Shown here: positions 26,821 through 35,570 of the stretch, one piece after another | Numbering within the stretch: the first letter of the stretch is position 1 | How the letters are laid out: each line of letters starts with the position of its first letter | Virus record (IMG/VR): IMGVR_UViG_3300045988_013393 | Coordinates: 1 to 44,246 of that record | Length of the DNA: 44,246 bases | Reading direction: 5' to 3' (one strand) | Origin: a virus | Taxonomy: Duplodnaviria; Heunggongvirae; Uroviricota; Caudoviricetes | Program-made: the position numbers and the translations under genes | The notes under the pieces: generated by a model | The model's input: the letters and a program-made list of their open reading frames with translations, nothing else | Database searches by the model: none | Told to the model about the DNA's origin: nothing

Positions 26821-27212
26821 TTCACCTTGTTGGCTTCTTCGTTAATGAGTTGCTGGAAGCGGGACACATTCACCCGGACAAATCCTTGTGGCGCTTGCTG
26901 CGACCAGCCATACTCCAGCCGTTGTGCATACGGCAGATTATTTGTCAGCGTGAACTCGTGCCAGTCTGCGGCTTTCAGTACGAAACTTGTAGCGTTTCCG
27001 GTTGCCGTGTTTCCTGATTTATCGGTGGCGTCCGTAATCCCGGAAGCGGGGGTACTGCCAGAGGCCATCCAGTTCATTCGGAACCGGCCTGTATCTACCG
27101 GACTCGCCTTTATAATAGCGGAAAACAGCTTGATAGACACCTGGCGCATCACCTTCTCGGGGTTCTTCTTCGCCTTTTCCACGAACTTAGAGACATCGAG
27201 CGCGAAACTCAT
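26817..27212 (-). CDS. Head-tail joining protein (131 aa)
   Basis: Coupled ORF, position. Confidence 0.4.
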   Translation of the reverse strand: MSFALDVSKFVEKAKKNPEKVMRQVSIKLFSAIIKASPVDTGRFRMNWMASGSTPASGITDATDKSGNTATGNATSFVLKAADWHEFTLTNNLPYAQRLEYGWSQQAPQGFVRVNVSRFQQLINEEANKVK

Positions 27213-27649
27213 TTTCTCACCTGAATAAAGTATGCCACAACGTCATCGTTAACCATCTTCTTCTCGATGGCTACTACCGACCACTGCTCACCGCCGAATT
27301 GCACCTTGTCTTCCATCTTCGGTACGACACTGCAATCCGCTTTAACAATCATGTCGCCCGCCTGAATCGTTGTACCGTTCACCAGTCCCGCGTTTACCGG
27401 AACCGGAACAGCTTTCAATGGCAACACTTCATCCGCAGACCAGACGTATTCACCGAGAACTTCATCCCACACTTTCGTACCAGCGCGAACCAGAGATACC
27501 GTGCTACCGAATTTGGTTAACAGGCGTGTACCCACGCCTTGCATACGTTTACTGAAAGCGGTGCTCATTTTAGCACCTCTTGCAGCGTCAAAAGAACACC
27601 GTAACTGTGCAAGGCTACCGCGGTAAGAAAACCAAAAACTACACCACAT
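27209..27649 (-). CDS. Head-tail joining protein (146 aa)
   Basis: Coupled ORF, position. Confidence 0.4.
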   Translation of the reverse strand: MWCSFWFSYRGSLAQLRCSFDAARGAKMSTAFSKRMQGVGTRLLTKFGSTVSLVRAGTKVWDEVLGEYVWSADEVLPLKAVPVPVNAGLVNGTTIQAGDMIVKADCSVVPKMEDKVQFGGEQWSVVAIEKKMVNDDVVAYFIQVRK

Positions 27650-27662
27650 GTGAACTTATTCA

Positions 27663-28277
27663 TCAGGCGGCCTCCAGTCTCGAAATAACCAATAGCGCGG
27701 ACGGCGCTGTACCCCATGCAGTTACGGTAGCGGCTTGTGGGTATACGCCGCCGAAGTTACTCCCGGCGCTATCCCGCATAATCTGAACGGCAAACGTCTG
27801 GCCTGCGGTCGGGTTAATAGCAACACGAGACTCAATAGGAATTGTAGTATCCGCGCTTACCAGTTTCGTAGCGGCTGGCGAGCCGTATTGTGCGCCATTA
27901 ACCAGAATGCGCGATAGCAAGATAGAGGTTCCGCTAGCACCAGTGCGGCCTGCCTGTAACTTGATGCGAACGGCGTAGTTACCCGCGGTGTTGAACGTAA
28001 CCGGCCCCGCAGCATTAATCATTACCGGGTCAGATGCACTACCCTGAGCAGAGCCGAACGATACCTGCAACGCCGTATCTACTGCGGTAGGCGCTTGTAT
28101 CACGATTGACGCGGCACGGAGAACTTCAACCTCTTTCACGCCTGACGCAGCGTAAAGCATGGAGTCCGCTAACTGTGTGTTTACCTCACGCAACAACTCA
28201 GGCGTTATAGCGCCAGTTGTATTATCTGCGAGATTTTTCCCGATAAGGGTGAACATCTCTGTTTTAGTCTTCGCCAT
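27663..28277 (-). CDS. Structural protein (204 aa)
   Basis: ORF in structural block. Confidence 0.4.
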   Translation of the reverse strand: MAKTKTEMFTLIGKNLADNTTGAITPELLREVNTQLADSMLYAASGVKEVEVLRAASIVIQAPTAVDTALQVSFGSAQGSASDPVMINAAGPVTFNTAGNYAVRIKLQAGRTGASGTSILLSRILVNGAQYGSPAATKLVSADTTIPIESRVAINPTAGQTFAVQIMRDSAGSNFGGVYPQAATVTAWGTAPSALLVISRLEAA

Positions 28278-28279
28278 TT

Positions 28280-28792
28280 TTAACCCCGGTACACGTTAAA
28301 CGAGAAGCCATTGTTAAGACCACCACACAGTAACGGGCGTAAAGCGTCATCGGCTGCGGTGATTGATGTAGTAGCGCCAGAGCTGCCGTTGTTGAAGTAG
28401 GTGACGGTTACTGCGCCCTCTACGCGCTCGGTCTGTACCGAACGTCCGTCAGAGTTAGCCCGCACCTCAGTACCTGCGCCATATGTAGCAGCGGCAATTA
28501 CCTGCGCAAGAATTACCTGTTTCGGAATGGCGTTGTTGGCCACCGGGAACCCGTTTAACGTAACGCCGGTGCGGGGGTATGCAAGAGACTGTTCGGCGGA
28601 TACTCGACGACCGCACATCTGCGGTTCTGCAAGCCCTACATAAGCAGCACCGTTGCGTAAGGCCACCTCTGCTGCGGTATCGTCTTCCGGCAGCTCAAGG
28701 CCATAATTAGCCGCTAACGCGCGGGCGTCAGCCAGACTAATGTAACTGTCGGCATTCGGGACGATCACCCCAGTTTCCACGATTAGCGGCAT
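28280..28792 (-). CDS. Head completion/connector-associated protein (170 aa)
   Basis: ORF in structural block. Confidence 0.4.
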   Translation of the reverse strand: MPLIVETGVIVPNADSYISLADARALAANYGLELPEDDTAAEVALRNGAAYVGLAEPQMCGRRVSAEQSLAYPRTGVTLNGFPVANNAIPKQVILAQVIAAATYGAGTEVRANSDGRSVQTERVEGAVTVTYFNNGSSGATTSITAADDALRPLLCGGLNNGFSFNVYRG

Positions 28793-28795
28793 AAA

Positions 28796-28975
28796 TTATT
28801 CCTCTGACTTACGGCGACGACGCTTAGTACCACCGCCGTTGTTGTGCGCTTCTTCGTTGTCCGGTTGAGTCGCAACCAGTTCATCCGCTTCTACAACACC
28901 GCGAACCGGCATTACCTGACCGTCAACAATATCAACGTGGGTGTACTTTTCGCGGATTACGTAATTATCTGCCAT
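28796..28975 (-). CDS. Small protein (59 aa) with basic C-terminus (KRRRRK)
   Basis: ATG 28975 with RBS AAGGAAAGG; below ORF-track cutoff. Confidence 0.3.
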   Translation of the reverse strand: MADNYVIREKYTHVDIVDGQVMPVRGVVEADELVATQPDNEEAHNNGGGTKRRRRKSEE

Positions 28976-29011
28976 GACCTTTCCTTATTACGGCCCCGAA
29001 GGGCCGTTGTA

Positions 29012-29362
29012 TTAAGACACAGTTGCTACGGTGCTGCGGGAGATAATATTACCATACACATCGTGAACAACCACTTTATACGTGCCTGAATCTGCGGTAG
29101 TAGTGGACGCCTTCGCATAGGTAGCTGCGGTGGCTCCGTCGATGGCGTTGTTATCTTTGTACCACTGGTAGGAATACGGCTCCAGACCGCCAGTTACCAC
29201 TACGGTAAGAGTCATAGTCTGCCCCGCCGTAACTGCGGTGGTAGCCGCAAGCGCGGTAGAAAAAGACGCTGGCGAGATATTCGCCATATCGATTTCAACC
29301 TGACCATCGGTAGGAGAATCATCAGAAACACCGGTAATACGACGTTTGATTACATCAACCAT
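29012..29362 (-). CDS. Ig-like domain protein (116 aa), probable capsid decoration
   Basis: YSYQWYKDNNAIDGATAATY...GTYKVVV is typical of an I-set/Big Ig-like domain. Confidence 0.5.
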   Translation of the reverse strand: MVDVIKRRITGVSDDSPTDGQVEIDMANISPASFSTALAATTAVTAGQTMTLTVVVTGGLEPYSYQWYKDNNAIDGATAATYAKASTTTADSGTYKVVVHDVYGNIISRSTVATVS

Positions 29363-29374
29363 TTTTAAGCTCCT

Positions 29375-29677
29375 TTAGCTTACGGTTCCTGCGTTTTTAA
29401 GCGCAGTCAACAGATCTGCTACGGTAGTGCGCAGCGCGGTAACATCAGTTCGGAGTTTGTTGTACTCAGCTACAAGGGCACCGAACTCGGTCTTAGTCGG
29501 GGCGTCAGCAGACTGCGCTCCTTCACCAGCGGTAACCGCCGCAGCAGGTGCGGCTACAGTAGCTGACTTTTTAACGCCACCAACTACGCTGGTAGTAGCA
29601 GGCGTGACTGGGATATCAAAGTCGCCGAAATCGACATTCTGAAGGCTGCGCGGCAAGCCTTTTCCGGTCTTGGCCAT
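29375..29677 (-). CDS. Hypothetical head-associated protein (100 aa)
   Basis: ORF between capsid gene and Ig-like gene. Confidence 0.4.
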   Translation of the reverse strand: MAKTGKGLPRSLQNVDFGDFDIPVTPATTSVVGGVKKSATVAAPAAAVTAGEGAQSADAPTKTEFGALVAEYNKLRTDVTALRTTVADLLTALKNAGTVS

Positions 29678-29736
29678 AATTTACCTCTTAGTAAATGAAA
29701 AGAGGGACCGAAGTCCCTCTCGATTATATCTTAACC

Positions 29737-30786
29737 TTAAGCACCGACGCCAGTTACCAGGAAGGCAATAGGTACATGCTTACGGTCAACAACACGGTTC
29801 CAGTTGGAGGCGTTCGCCAGGTCCTGCCAGGAAGCAGAGCGGGCGATAGTCTCGGTCCCGTTGCCAGTGATTACCGCGCTGGTGAAGCTGTAACCAAACG
29901 GATGCAGCAACCAGGTCTTACGGGTCCACAGGGTTTCAACGCCACCACCGTTACCACGAGACGCTTCGCGTTCGTATTCCAGCGGGTTAGACGGGTTGCC
30001 CTCGCCGTAACCGATAGCACCGTTACCGAAGATGATGGAGATGAACTTACGGCTCGGGCTGGGGCCGACTACGGTCATGCTGTCGTCAACAATCACGCGG
30101 TAGCCCTGGTAAGTAGCAAACATGGTGTTGTTATCGGCGTCGCGGATGAAGTCGATAAGCTGCTGTTTACGTGCCTGCGCATATACGAAGCTGTGCATCG
30201 CGATAGCGCCCAACACTTCACCGCCGTTGCCCATCAGCGCATCACCCATAGTCTGGGTAGCGTCGATGAACGCGCCTGCGTCGAAGCCCAGAGTAGCGGA
30301 CACGTCGATTACCATGTCATTCTGCTCGTGGTAAGCATCGGTGGCGGCTACGTTGTCGTTGTACAGACCGAGCGCGGTAGCAATCAGACGGCGTTGTGCC
30401 TGACGCTGCCAGAAGTTATCCAGACGGGACGCTACGGATTGCAGCGGGTTCTGGCTGGTCAGTTCAACAGTCAAATCCGCCTGGCCGAAACCTTCGTTCA
30501 GGTAAGCTACGCGAACGTCCATCTCACCGGTTTGCACGTTACGCGGGGTGGCGACGTCCTGATATACATCGTTCGAGTAGTTCGGCTCGATAGAGGTATC
30601 AATCGCTTTCCAGTACGGCAGAACAGCTTTGTTGGACGGGCCGTTTGCGATAGCGGCGGCGTACGGAGTCTGGGTCAGAATACCTGACTGGAAGAACGCG
30701 GTTTTCTCTACCGGGTCCTCTGTCATGTAAGACAGAATGACCGATTCTTTACCAGTTACGATATCGCCGATAGTAGTAATTGCCAT
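29737..30786 (-). CDS. Major capsid protein (349 aa)
   Basis: Directly after scaffold gene (TAATG overlap); size and position. Confidence 0.65.
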   Translation of the reverse strand: MAITTIGDIVTGKESVILSYMTEDPVEKTAFFQSGILTQTPYAAAIANGPSNKAVLPYWKAIDTSIEPNYSNDVYQDVATPRNVQTGEMDVRVAYLNEGFGQADLTVELTSQNPLQSVASRLDNFWQRQAQRRLIATALGLYNDNVAATDAYHEQNDMVIDVSATLGFDAGAFIDATQTMGDALMGNGGEVLGAIAMHSFVYAQARKQQLIDFIRDADNNTMFATYQGYRVIVDDSMTVVGPSPSRKFISIIFGNGAIGYGEGNPSNPLEYEREASRGNGGGVETLWTRKTWLLHPFGYSFTSAVITGNGTETIARSASWQDLANASNWNRVVDRKHVPIAFLVTGVGA

Positions 30787-31490
30787 TATTTTTTCCTCAG
30801 GGCTTTAAGTTGCCGTTCAAATTCGGCAGGGTTCGATTCGTACAGAGCGATACGCTCCGCTTCACTCATGTCTTTAAACGCTGGTGCGGCCCCGCCGCCT
30901 TTGCTACCGGAAGCCCCGCCGCCGGAAGCTGCATTTGCTTTAATCAAATGCGAAAACGCTTTGTGTTCGCGCAGGTACTTGCGGAACTGTTCCGGGTCAG
31001 TTGTGATTACGTTGCCGTCTGCACCAACAAACTTAGTAACCACGTCATCGCCTTCAAACTCAGTCTTAACGAACGGAGCAAGAATGTCTACTGCTTCCGG
31101 TGTGATGAAATCACCTGCGAAAGAGCCTAACACCGCTTTACGTTCGCTGCCGAGGATGCGCTCTGCCATTTTGGAGATGCGACCATCTTTCTCGGCTAAC
31201 ACCGGGTCATACTGGCTACGAATCGTCTTTTCGAACTCGTCCATCTTACCGGCGGCTTTTAGCGCCTCCTGGTGCGCGCGCTGACGTTCCTCTTCGGCCT
31301 CTCTTGCTTTACGAGCGGCTTCTTTCTTCTCGTTCAGCAATGCTTCCTGGTTAGCCTTAAGCCCGGCAACTTCTTTCTCAATCAGCGCCTGCACTTCTTC
31401 GGCTGTGTACATTTTAGGAGCGTCACCGCCACCTGATTTATCTTCTGCCCCAGCTTCTTCCTGGAGCGGATAACGTAAAAAACGATTCAT
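30786..31490 (-). CDS. Scaffolding protein (ATG 31490; ORF track extends to 31544 via TTG)
   Basis: Charged, Ala/Glu/Lys-rich helical protein directly upstream of capsid gene. Confidence 0.6.
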   Translation of the reverse strand: MNRFLRYPLQEEAGAEDKSGGGDAPKMYTAEEVQALIEKEVAGLKANQEALLNEKKEAARKAREAEEERQRAHQEALKAAGKMDEFEKTIRSQYDPVLAEKDGRISKMAERILGSERKAVLGSFAGDFITPEAVDILAPFVKTEFEGDDVVTKFVGADGNVITTDPEQFRKYLREHKAFSHLIKANAASGGGASGSKGGGAAPAFKDMSEAERIALYESNPAEFERQLKALRKK

Positions 31491-31544
31491 AGTCAGTATG
31501 TCCCCTGGACGTTGGAACCCGGGCCACCCGGATTTACATGTCAA

Positions 31545-31590
31545 GAATAAATTATTCCAACATGCAAGGCAACTATTCCAGAATATTCCT
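31545..31590. promoter_or_regulatory. Cluster of GAATA/TATTC palindromes (GAATAAaTTATTC, TATTCcaGAATA, GAATATTC) between Rz1 and scaffold gene
   Basis: Three overlapping inverted repeats sharing the half-site of the promoter operators; possible late promoter TTGCCT-N17-TATTCT on minus strand. Confidence 0.35.
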
Positions 31591-31818
31591 CACATAATCC
31601 TGCAACTCGTAAACCTGCTGCCGTAGTTTTCGCCCGCAGTCAATACTCATAACATCAGCAGACAGGTCTTCGTCAGCATCAGCTTTTGCGTCACTAAATT
31701 TACACGGTTCAACCATCAAAGACGCTTTCACGGGCGGCAATGTGTTCGGAGTGTATTCCGGTGCGCAGCCCGTTATCCCAATTATTACAGCCGACAGGAA
31801 TAATTTATTCATGGTCAT
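31573..31818 (-). CDS. Outer-membrane spanin lipoprotein (Rz1-like)
   Basis: Signal peptide with lipobox ITGC (MTMNKLFLSAVIIGITGC); overlaps the 3' end of the Rz-like gene. Confidence 0.65.
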   Translation of the reverse strand: MTMNKLFLSAVIIGITGCAPEYTPNTLPPVKASLMVEPCKFSDAKADADEDLSADVMSIDCGRKLRQQVYELQDYVRNILE

Positions 31819-32161
31819 ATCCTGAGATGTGATTGGCGTTATCGATGGCGGCCTGTTTCAGCTTAACGCGTGCTTCATCGAAAGTGCAGACATTGCGGCC
31901 AGGCGTCCTGACGTACTTAACGACTTCCTGCGTAATGGTTACGGTGCGGGCAGCACCCTGCTGTTCAGCGACGGCGGCACGGGTGTCGTTTTGTTGCTGC
32001 CGTTGTGTTTTCTTCGCTAGCTCCGCCTGTGCTTTCTGCTGTTGCTGCGAAACGAGATTCGCCCGGCCTTCGTTCCAGCCGCTGCGATACTGGTAGATTC
32101 CGTAGCCGTATGTCAGGAGGATGAAACATGCTCCAGCTACGACAGTTGCGTTAAGATTCAT
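31805..32161 (-). CDS. Inner-membrane spanin (Rz-like)
   Basis: N-terminal TM segment then Gln/Ala-rich coiled coil; paired with downstream lipoprotein. Confidence 0.65.
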   Translation of the reverse strand: MNLNATVVAGACFILLTYGYGIYQYRSGWNEGRANLVSQQQQKAQAELAKKTQRQQQNDTRAAVAEQQGAARTVTITQEVVKYVRTPGRNVCTFDEARVKLKQAAIDNANHISGYDHE

Positions 32162-32412
32162 GTTTCCCCTTTCTCGATAAGTAAAGCCCCGCCTTAAAGC
32201 GGGGCGCTAGTCCTTATCATTTAAACATAGAAACGGCGTAATCTCAGTAAACCAGTTACTTTTTACACAAGCAATAGAGTATGGCCCTTCCGAACGCGTC
32301 AGCGTAACTACACTCAGGACTTACGTCCCGCTCCGTTACCTGCCCGCGCCGCGGTCGCTTGCTCATACTTCACAAGCTCAGGTGGAGCTTATCATATTTT
32401 CAGTGAAAAGTC

Positions 32413-32458
32413 AACTATTCGAATAGTTTATTCCAACGTTTACAATTGAGTGGAATAA
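32413..32458. promoter_or_regulatory. Perfect 16-bp palindrome AACTATTCGAATAGTT plus inverted repeat TTATTCCA-N15-TGGAATAA
   Basis: Read directly; contains CTATTC/GAATAG half-sites; lies just upstream of a class B promoter. Confidence 0.4.
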
Positions 32459-32480
32459 CTGGAATACGTAAATAAATAGT

Positions 32481-32509
32481 TTGCGCGCACCAACATAATA
32501 GGGTACTAT
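32481..32509 (+). promoter_or_regulatory. Class B promoter (TTGCGC-N17-TACTAT) driving plus-strand moron 32537
   Basis: Same conserved element and leader (ttaacttaaacaggag) as at 22553. Confidence 0.5.
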
Positions 32510-32536
32510 TCAGTTAACTTAAACAGGAGATGATAA

Positions 32537-33058
32537 ATGGTTACTACAGTAATTACTTTCCCTGCGTATGTAGGGGCGAAAATATGCAGGGCTAAAAATG
32601 ATGTTCGCTACTATTTGAACGCTTTTTACATAGACCCTGAAGGATTGATAGTGTCTACGGACGGTCATAGATTGTTCGGCGACAATGTGAAGACCAACGT
32701 TGAGAAAGGGACTCTCATAGACATCAAAGGGAGAGAGCCTTCTAAATTTAACTACGCGGAGGTAAACCACGACAACGGCAGTGTATCTTTCTATGACGAT
32801 AATCGTGCGCTTATATGTACACTTCCGGTAGATGTTGTAGAAGGAAACTTTCCTGACTGGAGACGCGTGGCGCACATCACACCGGGTGTTGTCGATAGTA
32901 TAGGGTTCACTCTGCGCTATTTGGCAGACGCGTACAAGATTTCTAAGGCATACAAAAATGAAATTGCTCGTTTCGATTTCCAGGACCAAACCAGAGGATG
33001 CAAAATACAATTTTCAAACACGGCCTTTATGGTGTTAATGCCTGCGCGATTTAAATAA
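32537..33058 (+). CDS. Hypothetical protein (173 aa), plus-strand moron in head module
   Basis: Own promoter, AGGAG RBS and own terminator; opposite strand to all neighbours; no family recognised. Confidence 0.5.
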   Translation: MVTTVITFPAYVGAKICRAKNDVRYYLNAFYIDPEGLIVSTDGHRLFGDNVKTNVEKGTLIDIKGREPSKFNYAEVNHDNGSVSFYDDNRALICTLPVDVVEGNFPDWRRVAHITPGVVDSIGFTLRYLADAYKISKAYKNEIARFDFQDQTRGCKIQFSNTAFMVLMPARFK

Positions 33059-33062
33059 AACT

Positions 33063-33086
33063 AAGGCCCCTTACGGGGCCTTTTAT
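33063..33086. terminator. Intrinsic terminator (AAGGCCCC-ttac-GGGGCCTT + TTTTAT)
   Basis: Immediately after moron stop; same stem as the other terminators. Confidence 0.65.
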
Positions 33087-33544
33087 CATTCTGGCTTAGT
33101 GACCTTCGCCGCTTTACTGACAGCCTCTACACCATCGGCATCAGTAACTTTAACGAAGTATTCACCTGCTGCGTTAACCGTCAGAGACAAAGCCTCTTCC
33201 GGGACGTTTACCACTTCCTTCCCGTCTTTGTACCAGGTCAGCACATACGGCGCTTTGCCCGCCTTAACTTCGACGGTGATGGTGGCGCTACCGTCGACCA
33301 GCTCGGTGTCTTTCGGTTGCACAGAGAAATACACATCGCCAGCATCTGCCAGATACGGAATCTCATAAAGCATACCAGCAGCAGAGAGTGCGATACCGGT
33401 CTTGTCCGCATACGGCATCTCGTCTACAGGTGTACCTAGTACACTTTCATCTTCAACGTAGGTTACGTTCTCACCAGAACCGGATACACGGGCGTACTGG
33501 ACTACGCGACGCGACGGCACATCAGTTACTTTAAAAAAGCCCAT
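33086..33544 (-). CDS. Ig-like domain protein (152 aa), probable decoration protein
   Basis: C-terminal YVLTWYKDGKEV...GEYFVKV Ig-like signature. Confidence 0.5.
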   Translation of the reverse strand: MGFFKVTDVPSRRVVQYARVSGSGENVTYVEDESVLGTPVDEMPYADKTGIALSAAGMLYEIPYLADAGDVYFSVQPKDTELVDGSATITVEVKAGKAPYVLTWYKDGKEVVNVPEEALSLTVNAAGEYFVKVTDADGVEAVSKAAKVTKPE

Positions 33545-33547
33545 AAA

Positions 33548-34171
33548 CTAAACCTCTTTCATTGAGTTAATCTTACGTAAGACGCCTTCGAAAAGGCGTG
33601 GGTCTATGCTATCGCAAAGGCCTTTGTATTCATATGCTAATTCAATTTTTCTATGAAACCAGGCTACATGTGCCTCTTGAGCGGTTTCGTAAGCGCCTAT
33701 TTGTTCAGATACACAATCCACGGATACTTGGGCGATGAATCTTTTCTTTTGTTTATGAAAATGTACCCCAAGCGGGTGTTTGCCTCGAAGAGCGTCGTGG
33801 GCTGTGAGGAAAGTGTTAAGGGATTTGGGGATGAAAACACAGTTAGAAGCGTCATAAACCTTATTTCCTGGATTCAGTAAATCCTTATCTATCTGCCACC
33901 CAGGTACATAAAAATTATCAAACCAGACCTTGAAATTACTGAACACCAACCAATCGTCCGACACGCGGCAGCCTATATAGGTTCTGTTTCTTTGCTGCCA
34001 TTTCTTGTCGTAGCACCTCTTTAACATGTTCTTCCATCCGGCATAGGACGCTATATGCACCCCTCCGTGACTTATCGGTGAAACATCATTAATACCAACC
34101 CCAAAAACAATTCCCATATTAAATCCTATAAGAAAACCCCATGAAGATTGGTCGATGCCAGAGATAGGCAT
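33548..34171 (-). CDS. AP2-domain DNA-binding protein, degenerate HNH homing-endonuclease-like
   Basis: C-terminal AP2-like segment (GVHFHKQKKRFIAQV...IGAYETAQEAHVAW); central HNH-like stretch with Lys in place of His (QIDKDLLNPGNKVY); true start may be internal. Confidence 0.4.
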   Translation of the reverse strand: MPISGIDQSSWGFLIGFNMGIVFGVGINDVSPISHGGVHIASYAGWKNMLKRCYDKKWQQRNRTYIGCRVSDDWLVFSNFKVWFDNFYVPGWQIDKDLLNPGNKVYDASNCVFIPKSLNTFLTAHDALRGKHPLGVHFHKQKKRFIAQVSVDCVSEQIGAYETAQEAHVAWFHRKIELAYEYKGLCDSIDPRLFEGVLRKINSMKEV

Positions 34172-34241
34172 ACCTTCATGGGGTTATATTCTTTCTCTAT
34201 TTTTAGTAGTTCACCGACCAAAGCTAGCTACTAGGTATACT

Positions 34242-35285
34242 TTATACCGACCTAAGATACTCAGCAACCCTGTTGTCTAACTCCGCCATCTCCTTTAGGG
34301 TTAAAGGTCTACCAAAAGCGTCAACAGATATTACCCGGAATTCCTCTGGTGATACCCCACTATTCCTGAATATCGCACCGCGGGTCGGCCCGAGTGCTTC
34401 GTCCACGAACCACGCCGGTTGTTGTTTCAGGAACTCGTAGTAAGTGGTGTCTGCGCTTACCTGAGTACCTCCGTCCGCGCCCTTAGCCGCACGTTTTGCG
34501 CCTTTATCGAGGAAGTCGAACTCTGAACTGATTACCGGGGCCGTGCACGACCGACAATTCGGATGGGCTGGGGGCATCGGCCCTTTACCAATTTCCCATG
34601 TCATTCCGTCTCTGGCTCTGCAAATCGTACTGGTACGGCTATCCAGCGTTGATACCCATTCATATCTCTCAATGATGTCGTCGTTCTGTCGGTATGTCTC
34701 GTTACGGGCTTCGTTGGATACGTGGGACAGCGCAGTACGTATTACCGTAGCGGCGTTGCGTTCAGAGATGTCAGCCAGTCCACCTGCGCCTACGACATTC
34801 TTAACGATCTGCCGCGTGGTTTGGCCCTGAACAAAGCCCATCTTAACGCCTGTTACGAGACGTGCTACTTCCGTTTCACCCCAACCCGACATCAGCTTAG
34901 AGAAATCAACAGGCTTGTCGCTCAATGAGAGCGGTTGAAACTCGGCGGCGGCCCACACCTGTTCGGCGGTAGGCGTAACAAATTCAGCATTAACGTTGGT
35001 GGTAAGTGTCTTTACGTTCCACCCTGCTTCATATGCCGCCAGCTCCTTAAGGTCTTCTGTCAGCTTTGTCTGCCAGTCACCTGTAAGCCCGGTCAGTGCT
35101 TCCTCAAGGTCGCGTAACAATTTATTCAGTCGCGCGGTGCTGCGACCGTCGTCGCCGAATAGCAACACCTGCCGTTTGATTTCGCCCCGCATTTCCTGAA
35201 TGAACGGCGCGAGGTCTTTCACTTCACCGGATGCGGTGCGTTGCAGCCATATCTGGTGGCTGATTAGTGATGTAAGTAGTGGCAT
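34242..35285 (-). CDS. Head morphogenesis / minor head protein (SPP1 gp7-like position)
   Basis: 347-aa ORF directly downstream of portal. Confidence 0.5.
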   Translation of the reverse strand: MPLLTSLISHQIWLQRTASGEVKDLAPFIQEMRGEIKRQVLLFGDDGRSTARLNKLLRDLEEALTGLTGDWQTKLTEDLKELAAYEAGWNVKTLTTNVNAEFVTPTAEQVWAAAEFQPLSLSDKPVDFSKLMSGWGETEVARLVTGVKMGFVQGQTTRQIVKNVVGAGGLADISERNAATVIRTALSHVSNEARNETYRQNDDIIERYEWVSTLDSRTSTICRARDGMTWEIGKGPMPPAHPNCRSCTAPVISSEFDFLDKGAKRAAKGADGGTQVSADTTYYEFLKQQPAWFVDEALGPTRGAIFRNSGVSPEEFRVISVDAFGRPLTLKEMAELDNRVAEYLRSV

Positions 35286-35372
35286 ATTTTATCGTCCCGA
35301 TAAACAATTCGATTTAAAGGTGTCATGTATACGTACGATACTACATTCGTTGATTAAACAGGAGGCTTAAAC

Positions 35373-35540
35373 ATGAACCACCATAAACTGATTACCGCTT
35401 TCATCAATAACGGTTGGACTGAGAAAGACGCTTTTGATGCAGCATACGCGTATAGAAACTGTGACTTGACGCTTGAAGGGGATTCTCAAGAGGATTATGA
35501 CAAAGCAGTAAGAGAAGAAATGGGTTGCTGGGGGAGCTAA
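35373..35540 (+). CDS. Small plus-strand moron ORF (55 aa)
   Basis: CAGGAGG RBS; followed by terminator; between portal and head morphogenesis genes on opposite strand. Confidence 0.4.
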   Translation: MNHHKLITAFINNGWTEKDAFDAAYAYRNCDLTLEGDSQEDYDKAVREEMGCWGS

Positions 35541-35544
35541 AACT

Positions 35545-35569
35545 AAGGCCCCATAACGGGGCCTTTTTA
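35545..35569. terminator. Intrinsic terminator (AAGGCCCC-ataac-GGGGCCTT + TTTTTAT)
   Basis: Hairpin with T-run directly after the moron ORF. Confidence 0.65.
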
Positions 35570-35570
35570 T

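Noticed and set aside
28990-29007. Hairpin ACGGCCC-cgaa-GGGCCGT as a terminator
   Set aside because: No T-run follows on either strand and it sits inside a coupled minus-strand operon; more likely an RNA stability or processing element, not called.
29695-30687. 330-aa plus-strand ORF antisense to the major capsid gene
   Set aside because: Lies entirely within and opposite the capsid CDS in a minus-strand operon, with no RBS or promoter; typical shadow ORF.
31833-32096. 87-aa plus-strand ORF within the Rz-like gene region
   Set aside because: Antisense to the spanin gene; Cys/Ala-rich shadow translation; no start signals.
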